Of a stretch of DNA of 64,000 nucleotides, positions 9,872 to 22,500 are shown in pieces (position 1 is the stretch's first letter; every line of letters begins with the position of its first letter). The notes below the pieces were generated by a model. It was not told the DNA's origin. It made no database searches and saw only the letters and a list, made by a program, of their open reading frames with translations. The stretch lies in NCBI GenBank assembly GCA_051294905.1, contig CM119386.1, forward strand, positions 11,284,001-11,348,000, in the 5' to 3' direction. The position numbers and the translations under genes are program-made. Source of the stretch: Botryllus schlosseri. Taxonomy: Eukaryota.

Positions 9872-12800
9872 ATGAACAGAACAAGGCTAATTGTAGCTGG
9901 ATGTTTTGGTGTTGTATCCTTGGTAGCGGCTGTGATCGCCACAAGCTCGACGTATTGGTTTCAGTTGCTTACGGAAGAGGTTCGAAACAGCAGTTCACTT
10001 CCTGGGTTCGCCCAAGAGGATCCGTACCCATTCCCATTTCACACGGGACTGTTCCTGACTTGCTATGACAACGAAATCCCACCAACCGCAGGTTACGACT
10101 AAATGCTATTGATTAATTCAATTTAGGATATATAACTTGGTCACGATTAATATTTACTGTGATACGTAATAATTTGTCGATATTGAATGATCCCGTTTTT
10201 GCGATGTTATCAGGGATATATCTAGAACAGTGCTCTTCCCGGAGTGCACGGTGCCCCCAAGGGTGCATGGAAATCTGCATGGGGTGCAATAGTACGAAAG
10301 GAAGCACACTCTTGGCGAAAGTGTGTATTCACAACCAAAAGGCTGAAAATGGTGGTACACGAAAATAAAACCTATAGCAGAATAATATCGCGGTCATAAA
10401 TCCTACCGTGCCTGCGTGCATATACCTTGCTACGTTCGCGGTATAAGTCTGAGGTAGATTCTACTTTCGTGTGCCATGGGTGTATATTCACACCCGTATA
10501 TAAGGAGTGGTGCAAGGTTGTAAAGACCAGTGTTGGGATGACTCGAGTCATGACTTGACTCGAGTCAGACTCAAGTCACTTTTTGGTATGACTTGACTTG
10601 ACTCGGGTTACTTTGTAAAAATAACTTGACTTGACTTGACTCGACGCTTCAAAAATGCAGATTGACTCGTGACTCGAAGCAAAATTTACGAGTCAATTTC
10701 AAGTCATCAAGCAATCGCTGTCTACTAAATCGCCATATCTTGTATAAGTTCGGATTGTTAACTGATCACTCACTGATTGTGCGAGTTTTACCTAGTCTCC
10801 ATTGTTACATCACCAATGAATTGATCGTTGACGCAGAGATTGGATCTTCTAGCCTACGTTGTCGTAAACTTGCTCACCTCCACCAGCCCTCTTGCGTGCT
10901 TTAAATCGAACGAATATCATTCATACGTTTATAATTGTAGGCTATATCATGAATATAAATGTGGGTATAGGGTATTGCTCCATATCATTTTATTGAATTT
11001 TCTGATACTTCATATGCTATCCTATATTTCGGCTGATAATTATAGAACAGGGGTGGGCACTGGGCAGAGCTTCTTCACGCACCAGTCGCATATCAAAGAT
11101 CGTTGCCTTAAAAGAGTATCAACACAAAAATTTATATATACTAATTTAATTCGTCATGAGGAAATGTAGGGTATCGAGTGAAGTTTATTATTGTGTGGTA
11201 TAAGACGATGCGTCTCCATCTAGGCTTCAAGGTGTTTGAAATCGGACTGATAGTGCGGAGCTCGGTAATCATAATATACTTTGGGTAAATCTTGACTAAC
11301 ATGGTTTTGGTGTTTGGTTTCGTAATGACGTTTCAATTCTAGCGTTGTGATTATTGGGCGAATCTGGACGGAAAAGGCACCGCACAGTGGCTTACGTTCA
11401 CTATCACAGAATGCACATTGCACACTCATTGTAGGCCCGCAATCAAAGACTCAAATAGCAGCATGCGGCTCGCGAGTCGCAGTTTTCTCGCCCCTATTAT
11501 AGACTGAGGCTATACCGCTATACTTGCGCAGTTTGGCAGTTCTACGTATGCATGAGCGATAGAGCGCCATCTTGCGTGTATAATCAACTCTTTATTCGTT
11601 CCTTGACTCAGAATAAATGAGGACTCCGTCTGTATTCAAAACAGCAAGCAAAATGCAATGACCTTGAATCATATATCGTACTTGGAAAATTCAACTTGAC
11701 TCGACTAGTGACTTGACTCGTGACTTGACTTGACTTGACTCGAGTCAAAATCTGCAATGACTCGAGATGACTCGTGACTCGAAGTTAGTGACTTGATCCC
11801 AACACTGGTAAAGACACACTCTTTTTGCTAATAGCGTAAACTGTACAGCACAAACAGTAAATCTATGCTCGTGAAACTAGATGTATTCATCAGATTTCCA
11901 CCATATCGTGGGGTGTATAGCCTCAATCAGGTGAGCGGCACTTTCAGGTATCAAATTGTGTTTACGCACCCCTTCAGAGGGCGTATATAAGTCAAACACA
12001 CCAATACTTATGTAGAATTGTAGATATATCTCAGGGATGTAGTGGGCCCCTTTGTCGTGCTAGTGCACTACCCCAAGAAATCCAACATGGCGGTAGCCTA
12101 CACAATGACAGAACCCACTACAGCCCTGGGATATATATCTCCATACGGGTTGGTGTATTTCGGTGCTTCGCGAAGCTATTTCAGGTGGGTCCCGAAGGAT
12201 TTCAAAATGTCGCAGTTTCCCAAGTGCCCTATCTTTTCACGATTACACGGGCAAATACTAGGGTTACCATATTTTTGAGATCTGAAACGAGGACACTTTT
12301 TCAAACTTTTCAAATTTGCAATACCGGAGGAAAATCCTGAAAAAATGGTAAAATTTTCCTACTTCGTGGTCGGTTGACTAAAAAAAGGTCAACTTTCCCG
12401 CTCAGCGCCCAAAATACAGTTATTTCCTTCACATTATCAGGTGGTTGACTAAAAAAAAGAAAAAAAAGGTCAACTATCCGGTCTAGCTCCCGAAATACCC
12501 GCCGGAGCGTTACTTCGGTGCTGATTTACTGTATCTAAGTCGATTTTGCCATATATTTAACCAAAATTCTCAAAAAATGAACAAAATCTCAAAAAAGAGG
12601 ACAAATCCTCTTAAAAGAGGACGTATGGTAACCCTACCAAATACAGATTCTCATCCTCTAAAATAAGTTGTTCTTGCGCCAGTAAGTGCAACGTTCTCGT
12701 GGTAACAATAATTCGTGATCCAGAATTCCGCGACGGTCATTTTGATTTCAGCACGAAATTGGACATGCTATTATTGTGTATGCCTGAGAATTGGAATTAA

Positions 12801-15063
12801 TTCCTTCCTCCAAAGGCTTCTTTGCGGGAAATGCAGCAATCCGCGATTGCAGCGGTTTGCCCAGGTGCTGGATTCGGCCATGTCTATTTTTCATGTGTGC
12901 AAGGATAGACTACATCAAAACTAAGTAATTCTACCGCATGCAGAGACGTGATGATTATCGGGATACGGGACTTTTCTAACAAATGCAGTGATTTGATGAT
13001 GATTGACACATCTGTACGGAATCATATTCTTGCTTGGTGCACGGATTTCCATGTTTATTCGTCATTCTCCTTGAAAAAAAGCGCAAAATCCAAATAGGGG
13101 GGGCCCCGGGCGACCGTCCACCTCGCCCACCCCAAAAGCCACCGCTGGGTAAGCTTATATTCCCTTCCAAATCCTCGTCGGAATTGTTTACAAATCGACG
13201 GAAGATAATGATTTTATGGGATTACTTCATAATTTGATTGTCCCAATTGATACATTTGGCGATGTTTAAAACGTCAATATGTACTTCAGTATCGTGGGAT
13301 TATGTGGTCCGAGTCGTCCTTAGGTATCGTGTACATTAATATAGGCAATCACTTCACTGAAATCTGGAGTTCGAATTAGCAATATGACGTCACGTGACGT
13401 CATGAGGATCACGTTCGCGTTCACACAGAACCTTTCAAAAAGGTTCGCGTTCACACAAACCTGAACCTTTCAGAGGTTCACACCATCCCTAGTATTTGAT
13501 TCCTGTACGTACAGTGTACACTACACCCTTTGGAAGGAGGGTGGAAGCACACTTTATTACACGATAGTGCCTTTCGCCTCATGTACACCCCACACTACTA
13601 TGGAAATATGATAAATGCACCAACTTTTACTTCCATAAATGTACAGTGCAGGGGTGTATGGCAAGCATGACACTGCACGTAGCGGTTCAGTCATCGCATC
13701 TGCTCACTCCGACGGTAACTCTAAAAAGGGTGCGCGAGTCATAGCTGCAATCTTATACGGTGCATCGCACTCCATTAAAGGTTGAAGAGCTCTGATCTAG
13801 AATACCTATCTATTGAGATCCACGTAGTATATCATGTATGTCGGATATATTAAGACCAGTAGTTCCCAACCTGTGGTACGCCTAGGCCTTCCAGGTGGTA
13901 CGCGAGTAGATTGTTTTTTCTCGAACCAAGGGAGTCATTAGTTCAGGCGGGGTTGATTTTGAGTTTTTCAAGCCGTCGTCGTCGTGGCAAGGTCTTCATC
14001 GTGGGTAGGAGTAATCGCACCAATGACGGCCTACGCGGAAGAGATCTATTCGTAAAGCATTGGGACTGTTACCTAACCAAATTCCGTTTAAATATATTTG
14101 ACCACAAGAATTCCACATGGATCCACTACAGAAATCATATACTGCGCCTTAAAATGAGCAGTTTATTTTCTGTTTCGCTGCCTGCGGCAGCTTAACACGG
14201 TGGAAACATTTTTGACCTCCTGCGGCGCGCGTAACTTATGTATAGGTGGTACGCGATCACTGCATAAAACCTCGAAATGGTACGTGGGTGGGAAAAGGTT
14301 GGGAACCACTGATCTAGACCTACTCAAGTCGCGCAAGAAATACTCGCATCGCACTCCTAAGCTATAAGGCTATACATTATGGTTATTGTAGAATTTGCAT
14401 TAGCGTTTAGTATAAACGAGCCTACAGTAGAAGAGTTTACCTTGCTAACATATTATGTTTTTCATCATAACAGCAGCTAAAAACAAAATCGTTGCTGGGA
14501 ATTGCACCTTGGATTACGATTTTACGAGTACGACAATAGAAGGTGAGCAAGATTGTTGGTATATGCTACTGTAGAAGCAAATTCCATTATATTTTAAAGA
14601 TGCTATTTTGCCTTAATCGCAGATTACTCACGATCAAGTATAGTCTGCATCGTGTTGTCGGACTCGCTCATCTTATTTGCTTGCTTGGTATGTCTGGCCG
14701 CAATTATCACCCGTCATGGCGGAGCGGCGTTCATATCAGGAATGTTATTCTTCTGCTCCGGTGAGTTCTACGTCACCAAGATCAAAAACATGACTCGACT
14801 AATATGTTTCAATATTGATTGTAGCACTTTGTTCCATCATCGGGAACCTCACGTTCACAGCACGGGTTATATTGCAAATTGAGAACATGTTTCTTCCAAC
14901 CAACATATCAGAGCGATTCGGATGGTCGTATTTTGTGTCTTGGTCGTCACTTGGTCTCCAGATTATTGCTGGAGCTTGCACACTTACCTGCTCGTTTAGG
15001 CGCAAAACGAAAATCGTCAAGGATGACAATGAAGACGAGGAGGGAGGGAAAGACAGACTTTGA
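9872..15063 (+). CDS. PMP22/claudin-superfamily four-TM protein (TMEM178/TMEM114-like), 221 aa
   Basis: Exons 9872-10091, 14474-14542, 14623-14760 and 14825-15063 total 666 nt in frame (all phase-1 junctions). TM1 then YWF...HTGLFLTCY...GNCTLDY (claudin W-GLW-C-C pattern), TM2/TM3, and FGWSYFVSWSSLGLQIIAGAC before an acidic tail. The intron-1 donor (G|GTTACG) is weak. Confidence 0.85.
10528..11807. mobile_element. Internally deleted hAT element, family A (TIR CAGTGTTGGGAT)
   Basis: TIRs CAGTGTTGGGAT/ATCCCAACACTG, perfect 8-bp TSD GTAAAGAC (10520-10527 and 11808-11815), GACTCGAGTC/GACTTGAC subterminal arrays at both ends. Lies in intron 1 of the claudin-like gene. Confidence 0.92.
11220..11429 (-). 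pseudogene. BED zinc-finger-like remnant of a hAT transposase
   Basis: ORF reads SVQCAFCDSERKPLCGAF...TTLELKRHYETKH (CxxC...HxxxxH, BED spacing) inside the family A element. Confidence 0.5.
12259..12636 (+). mobile_element. hAT MITE family B (TIR TAGGGTTACCATA)
   Basis: Perfect 13-bp TIRs; TSD GCAAATAC/CCAAATAC (7/8); AAAAGAGGAC subterminal repeats. Confidence 0.9.
13857..14311 (+). mobile_element. Buster/Charlie-type hAT MITE family D (TIR CAGT(A/G)GTTCCCAACC)
   Basis: TIRs at both ends; flanks ATTAAGAC/ATCTAGAC (6/8); interior nearly identical to 60520-60892 over the CCAAATTCCGTTT...ATACTGCGCC block. Confidence 0.85.
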
Positions 15064-15658
15064 AGATTCAATTTACCAAATATTTATAGATCCGTATATC
15101 TTTTAGTCACAATATTTTCGAGAACATTTCGCTCACATGCTCAAGTGTTTTTTTTATTATATCTATTGGTGGGCCTGGGCATGGGCATTGAGGGATTTGG
15201 CGTGGGGCACCAATTCACCAATCACCGCACAATTGAAACAAGTGCGCCACCTATTAAGATCAGCATTTTGATTAATTCAAGATACTGCAACACTACAGAG
15301 GATGAGGGGATGATATTTCGTAGAAAACACACCATAAATCAATTTTGACTGCGATAATGGGGATGAAGATACAGGTTTTGACCATTCATAGAAATTGCGT
15401 CTCGTCCATCCATTAAACACCAGCTTAACGTTCGCCTGTACTCCACCAATTAAAACCTTAGCATAAACAACGGCGGCATATAAGATAGGCTACCGCGAGC
15501 CAACTTACACACCACAGATACATAAATAACTTATCAGACAGTGATTGTATGGGTCGCGAAGGTTATAAAATTCAGGTCGCCATCGTTTGTAACACCTATA
15601 TTTGCTGTATTTCTTCGCGCGAAGTTAATTTCAAAGTCCACAGTGCTAGCCGCTGGGT

Positions 15659-16535
15659 CAGTGCTGCTCAGCCTTTTTGGCTTCGCGGACCCTTTTTTGA
15701 CTGTCAGGGACCCTCGCGGATCCCCTAAAGTTTTTGTTCAAATTTAACTCAATTCTGGTGCGATCGTCATCTGTCTTGTGCAAATATGAACTGTAGGCTT
15801 GTGATAACAGCAACAACATTGTATCATTTATGCAGAAATTGGGTAGACTTTTATTATTTCAAAGCTAATTTTGCAGCTGTATTTCTTATACGCGTCTTCG
15901 ATTTGATATCAACGAGTCCAGAAAATATATTTTCACAAAGATAGATTGAGGCTAATGTAACGCTTCCGACGACACTTTTGGTGTGATCGCATTAAGGCAC
16001 CCAAATGAAGAAACATATTTTAATGAACATATCACGTCCAGCCTATAGTCATTTTATCTAGCATCTCACCTTGAAGTTATTCTGGAATAGCGGTTATATG
16101 CATATCAAAGGATAAAATGAATTTCGTGGAGGGGTTCAATCCCTACGTTGGGAAAGACTTAAGTTTTTATTTCAAACGACTGTTCACTAATTTGATGACA
16201 CTGACAACTTCAAATCGAAAAGGTTTCCGAAACATTACGAAGTCACCCTGATTGATCTTACTATCTCCATGTTTTTATTTTTTCCACAAACCCCAACAAA
16301 ACGTCTCTAAACAGCAATATGTTTGTATAAGTAGGTTATCGGCAATTTGTCAACTAAAATGAATTTGCACAGTGGGATATTTCATGTCAGACGACTATTC
16401 TGATGATGTGAGTAATGAGGTTTTAGCAGTTGTGGAGGAAAACTGCCTGATGCACTCCCTAATTTAAAAAAGAATAGTATTATCAATCATTTTGAAAATT
16501 TAAAGGTCTCGCGGACCCCCGGTTGAGAACCACTG
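15659..16535 (-). mobile_element. Buster-type hAT element family F with decayed transposase C-terminus
   Basis: Ends CAGTGCTGCTCAGCC/GGTTGAGAACCACTG; TSD CGCTGGGT/CGCTAGGT (7/8). The minus strand encodes YLCENIFSGLVDIKSK at 15943-15896 (hAT dimerisation CExxFS motif) amid stops and frameshifts. Confidence 0.85.
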
Positions 16536-16580
16536 CGCTAGGTAATAAGTGACACGCGCAGAAAACTTGTTAAGATAAGG

Positions 16581-18174
16581 CAGTGCTCTTCAACCGGGGT
16601 TTTCGTACACCCTAGGGTGTACCAGAATTTTCAAAGGGTGTACCACTCGGATGGGGTGTACAGGGGTGTACCAGATCCACATTATGATGAACCGATGACA
16701 CGATGACTATAGCTATCACAAAAATACGCCAGTTTATGCTTCAAAACAGAATGACTGGATGTGTAATATCGTACAATGTGATGTCATAAGCAAATGTTTC
16801 TAATCATTCAACCTTTGGTAATGGACTTATTACTTCCTTTTCGAGTAGAGCAGGGTGGAGTTAGCATGTGTTCAGCTTGCGATATCTGTCTGATGATTCT
16901 CGAGGAAACCCCCGCTAAATCTCGGACATTTTGAATTTGTGCTTTCTGTGGCCAGCTTATGAATAATGCAGAATACATAGCCTACTTACGCAGCCACGGG
17001 GTCGAGTTTGCGAACCACTGCGTTGGATGGTGGTCCAGTGACCTCGAGCCCTTATTCGTATTATCATTTACTATACGTTGCAGCCTTGCTCAAATGTCCA
17101 TTCTTATTTCGGCTACGTCAGGGGTGCTCAACCTGCGGACGTACGGCCTCATTCAACCGCATAACCATAGTTTTGCGATCTTCTACACATATTTAAATTA
17201 GCGTGTGTTGGCGGCTGTCATTATGTAACCAATTGTTGCTGGTTCTAGTCTCGGCTCTGCCGTGTTTCTATGTGTCGGAGGTTTATCTAGGCTCCTCGTG
17301 GCCGACCCCCTGTTAACGAAGCGTCTTGAAAAGCCCAGAAGAAGAGTTAACCGAGCTTCAAAGTCAGCAGCAAAGTCCTGAAAGTGGACGCACGTTAGCG
17401 AGAGAGAATGAAGAATGGGAGTGCGCGTGCAAGCAAAAGTCGTCCTCATTACCCAAAGCAAAAATACTAAACTTTAGGAAATGCACGGTCGTGGCGCACA
17501 AATTCTAAACTGGCGATTATCACCACTGTCATTGATGTGTAATAAAATATTATTAATAACAAACAAACAATCCTGGTGGGAGGCCAAGAAATAACAACAT
17601 GCAACTAAGTGATTAAAAGGAACCGCAAGATGCATCATCATTAGTATTGTAACCAATATTTTCGAAAACACCCTCCATCAGCTCTACGGGTTAATCTGAT
17701 CACGTGAGCTGAGAATTAATAAAATTTTGACAATAATATGTGAAACTACCAACATTTTCGATGAAATCCACTCAAGGGGCAAAATTTTCGCGCTCTGCGC
17801 GACTACACACATAATCCTAGTGTCTTTTCGTGACATTTATACTCACGATTTTGGTACATAAATTATATATTGTAAGCCTGCTGGGATGTTTTGCTTCTAC
17901 AGTTAGGAAATTTGCGCATTGCATATCTCAAGAAATAAGTGAAGGCACAGAACACCACAAGGGCTCTCCGTGGTGTTAAGTTCCCTGTATCAAATTTCAT
18001 ATGAGCATTTGTCGTCCATGCGCCATGGTGAATCCCCGTTGGAATCCGGACGTATTGTATATGTAATCAAAATGCGGCTTCCGGCGTTATCGGTGTATTA
18101 TACGGTCAGGGGTGTACGAGTTTTGAGAAAATGTTAAAAGGGTGTACCACGACGAAAAAGGTTGAAGAGCACCG
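16581..18174. mobile_element. Non-autonomous hAT element family E (TIR CAGTGCTCTTCAACC)
   Basis: TIRs CAGTGCTCTTCAACC/GGTTGAAGAGCACCG; perfect TSD AGATAAGG (16573-16580 and 18175-18182); GGGTGTAC subterminal repeats at both ends. Confidence 0.92.
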
Positions 18175-19336
18175 AGATAAGGCTTCATCATGAAATACGC
18201 GTCCCCAGCCCTATGTTACACAAATCTATATCGTGTCCGGCTTCTCTGCGCGGGTAACCGACGGTCCAGTGCATAGTTGGTTTTTACCACCGACAACACA
18301 GTAACGTCATTCAACTGGCTACGAATAAGACGTATTTTTTGCAGCATGTACACCGACCCCTGATATTTACACACACGATCTGTGCGTACGCCGCTCCTTT
18401 GGACAGAGAAGGCGTAGAAATGGCCTTGGAAGACTTTCTAAGTCTTGAAACAACCCCTAACTCAGGCGTCCGTCGCTCCACAGCACAGCAATCTGATAAA
18501 ACATTCGTCCTATAATTTTTACAAATCTCGACCCCTCCCTGCAAACTCTCTCCTTAACGCAAATCGGTACAAACGAATATGAGCTTGTATTTATGAGCAA
18601 GAATCGATCGGCTAGTGACAGTTGAGCGTATCACAGCAGGCACAAGATAAAGTTAGATAAAAAGGCGATCACAAAGTAAAGATACAACCTACAACTGAAC
18701 TTATATACTCTGATAATATAGCATCAACTCATCGTAAAACCAGCAGTTTGATTGACATTCAACAACTGCATTTTGTCGGAGAGGGTCATAAAATCGAATC
18801 TACCATTCTAAAAGCGACAACTAACGATAAGCCGGGGCAACAACTTCTCGATTTCAAACATTCAAACACAAATTCGACACGCGCGGTATCGGGAGTATAT
18901 GGTGCATTGGCATGCCCCGGCAGACAACGAAATACTGTAATGTAACATAAAATCGGGTGGAACAACGGACTAACTTCAAGTTGGCGAATCTTATCAAGCC
19001 AAACAAACGGATGTAGCGTTTATAAGGTGCAGGTAAAATATGACCAAGACTGTAACTATGAGCCCGATGCTGGGCGTTGTAATCACACAGAAAACAGATT
19101 GAAACCAATACTCTGAACACAAACTAGACATATAATATTGTAGCGAAGCATAGCGATAAAATAAATAATTGTAACGCAGACGCTAGTGCTTTGTTTTCGG
19201 CTTTTCATCGCCAGTTTTAGCCTGAAAGAAGAAACATACTATTTTACAATACGATTACGTTACGCAATACGAACACAAAAGTTGGAACTAGGAGAATATA
19301 ATCTCAATCTCGAAAAAATCTACCTTACTAGAACCC

Positions 19337-19540
19337 CTAGAATTGCCAACCGACCTCCAAATTTCCGCGGGCCTTTTTCAAAACGTCGTGGGTCACAGTG
19401 AGCTGTTTCAAGATGGCGTGTTCGATGCCTTCCTTCAGCCTGTTGGCGGACTGCAGCCGGTCCACGGTGCTTTGCAGTAACTTATCCTGCGCCGAGAGAC
19501 GCTTGTGGAGTTTGTTGACCTCGCGACGCAGGCCGTCCGC
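19337..19540 (-). other. CM2 (centrosomin motif 2) coding exon
   Basis: LQSANRLKEGIEHAILKQLTVTHDVLKKARGNLE resembles the vertebrate CM2 end (QLTRTHDVLKKARTNLE). Confidence 0.88.
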
Positions 19541-22500
19541 CTGCAAGGCAAGAAAGCCATAAGTGGAATTGTGAAGACAGCCGCCCCCCCATCCTATCAC
19601 CTGCTAAACATACGAGACTCCTAGACCAACCTCCCATATATTTAATTTGACAGGTCCTGTAAATTGATACCTCTACTTGTTGTAACTGTACACAGTGTTA
19701 GTACAGAAATTTATGGAGTTACTTTTGCCTATAACCTGAGTATCAATGCAATAATTGGTTTCATGATCCTATGTAAGTTAGCTTCACCTGAGTGTCTGCA
19801 TCTTACTGTATTCGGCTAGCTAAAGGAAATGATATAACGCAACACTGACAACTTGACCGCCTTTGCCGAAAGCCAGCATCGACAGAACAAGAATTCCACG
19901 AGCCACAGTACTATTCAGGCCGCAAAACGACACAGCAGTCCTAGTTCACGTCAGCAAACATATTACAAAGTTAACAATGGCAAGAACGTCTCGAAAAAGT
20001 ACCTCCGAATTGATAGAAGTGTCTGAAGCGAAACCTGCGTCCCTCGTGACTTTCGATATGTCTGAAGAGGCGTCGGACAGACGCCTTGACGCGTGCCTGA
20101 AGAAGAAATAATGACTTGAAAACGCAGAATTGGACATCTGATAAATTTTTGTCTTTTCCAAATTACATCAGAATATTAGAATTCCAAAATTCCCTTACGT
20201 CTGATCCTCGACGTCAGTCGACGAAAACGCAACCTGTGGCACGGAAGCCGGCCAGAACAATTTCAACAAGCGTCTGCAATCGTCCATCGTACGTTGCAAA
20301 AGCTTCACGTCGCTGCCAAGATCTCCGACACTCTGCAAAAAACATTGCGACAAAACTACAAAACCGGTCCCAGCTCTGGCGAGAGGTTCTAACTCACGTG
20401 TTTACGCGGTGATTTCTGATATGACGCGCGGTCCGATGATTTCGATTCCATTTTGTGCAGCAACATCCTGCCGTCGGACACGATCTGCCGCAATTCCTTG
20501 TAGTCCTTCCTGTTGCCGATGACATACGAACCTGGACGCGGTAGAATGGTACAGTTGACTTAGGGCAATATTCGAGTGATATTAGGCAAAGCTGGATCTG
20601 AAATCGACCTCAAAGTCGAATTTTAGCAGGATCTTCTCACGAAAAGGTAAATATCACATGATTTTTCAGGTTCGAAATTTCAAATACCAATGCGGATTTC
20701 AGAATGTTAAAATACGCCCTTTTCTGCTTACGAAGCCTGAATTGTCTTCAAGGTAAAAACAATCACCAGTCTAAGCAATAGGGCCACCTCTGAAATTGAA
20801 AGTCACCCTTTTTAAGAATAGCGATAAAACTGTTGGTGTTCTGTAGTAGAAAACCAGGAAATAGCGAGAAAAAGCTATCGACGAGACACTAGTACGGGCA
20901 ATTGCACAGTTGCATCAAACCAGGCGTTTTGCGTGCCACTGCTACGTTAGCATATAGCAACAGAATAAGTAAGAACGGCCATAATAAGAATTTAACACAC
21001 ACAGACGTAGACACACGCTACCAAATAAAAACAAGCAGGACCGCTTACCGCATTAGTAACATAAACTCTTGGAAATACAGAACACAAAACACACAACAAC
21101 AAAACAATATTAGCACGATCCTCTACCATGCGTGTCGTAACAAGGAAATTTCCCGGCGAGCGGCGAAAGTCCGGAATTTCGCGAATCGTGTTTCGGCGGC
21201 GCCGCGAATTCAAAGCTTTCGTTGCCGTAAGAGGAGGCAGACGGAGGAGGGGTCATGGGGCGGTGCCCGATTGTGTCTGAACAAACGCGATGTTACTGTT
21301 AAATCCACGCCAGGGGTAGTAGTTAGTAGTAGTTAATTAACAAGGAATAGTTTTAGGGGTCCGTGAAAGGCCAATGTTGAAACTGCATTATCTTTATTTA
21401 TAAGACCTGTCTTTATTTTTGAATTAATTGACCGGCCGGAAGTATTGGTAGCTCACCAAGTAGTCCAGATACCAACGAGGGCGAAGGTAATTTCCTGTTC
21501 ACTCGACTTGACTTGAGTCATTTTCTTAACAATGGCAAATGACTCTACCAAGTCATACGACTCAAGACGTTGTATGTTACTTGATTCAATTCTCCTGCAT
21601 CAGGACCACTACTCGAATAAACATGTCCAGAGTGAGAAATATGAGTGTATTATGAATCCAGGGCCTTTGATATCACCCAAAAGTTTACTGAGGTGAATTG
21701 AACTAGACTTGATCTCAATAATCAACGGTGAAATCGACGACTAGGACTCAGACTCGCGTCTAAGCACTACGACTCAAACTCGACCCCGTTGTCGAATTGA
21801 AAATGACTCGACTCGAGTCCAAACTACAAAAATCAAATTGACTTGTGACTTGGAAGCTTGTGACGACCTTCTATTTTTAGTAGTTTTCAAATTTTGAGTT
21901 AGTTAGGTTACTAGGAACACGGCGAAACACATTACATTGTCTCTTGATCTACATGCTACAAGGGACTAAAAACTGAGTGAGTTAGGCGGGGAACAAAAAA
22001 TGGAGCGTTAAAAGAACATCCACTCGAAAGCAAGCTAGTGTTAAGCACCCAACCCCCTCACCTCTCGAGAGATCCAATTTCCGTTTCGCGACCGAATCGC
22101 ACGCTCTCGGAGAGCTTCTGTCCGGTCCGACCTGGTCACCCGCGTTCGGCGACACGTGGTGTATATTAATCGTGGTCGTGCGTCCTGGGCTGGTCGCGCC
22201 GGCCCAGTCCTTGTCGTGCCGCAGCTGTTCCTGTAGCTGCCTCCTCAGGGCAGAGTTGATCTCGATGCTGCGTTCCAGCTGAACTCTCAAGCTACGAATC
22301 TCGTCCAGAAACTCGGAAATGTCAAATTCTAACACCGCCCGGGACTCGTGCCCGGCGACCTGGTCAAATCCGCGGTCACTCGATTTACCAAAATCAGAGC
22401 CCCGCCCGAAAACAGGGTCAGACCGGACCGGGTCTATGCTTTGTCCGTGAGCTGGCCCCGATCTCGGGCCCCTGTGCTGCGATCGTGCCGAGTCTTTTCT

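Noticed and set aside
10219-10445. Cys-rich candidate exons (GIYLEQCSSRSARCPQGC...; NNIAVINPTVPACIY) in claudin-like intron 1
   Set aside because: Together they exit in phase 0 while exon 2 needs phase 1; the four-exon model is already a complete claudin-like protein.
10528-10700. GACTCGAGTC/GACTTGAC arrays (also 11690-11800 and 58500-59370) as CRISPR-like repeats
   Set aside because: No fixed-length repeat-spacer pattern and no cas genes; they are subterminal repeats inside TIR/TSD-bounded hAT elements in a eukaryote.
13911-14195. Two ORFs sharing YLTKFRxNIFDHKNSxWIHYRNHILRLKM (also 60522-61007) as a protein family
   Set aside because: The similarity comes from two copies of the family D MITE; starts and frames differ outside the block.
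17198-17330. tRNA/SINE-like head inside family E (GGTTCTAGTCTCGG)
   Set aside because: B-box too degenerate, no cloverleaf or tail.
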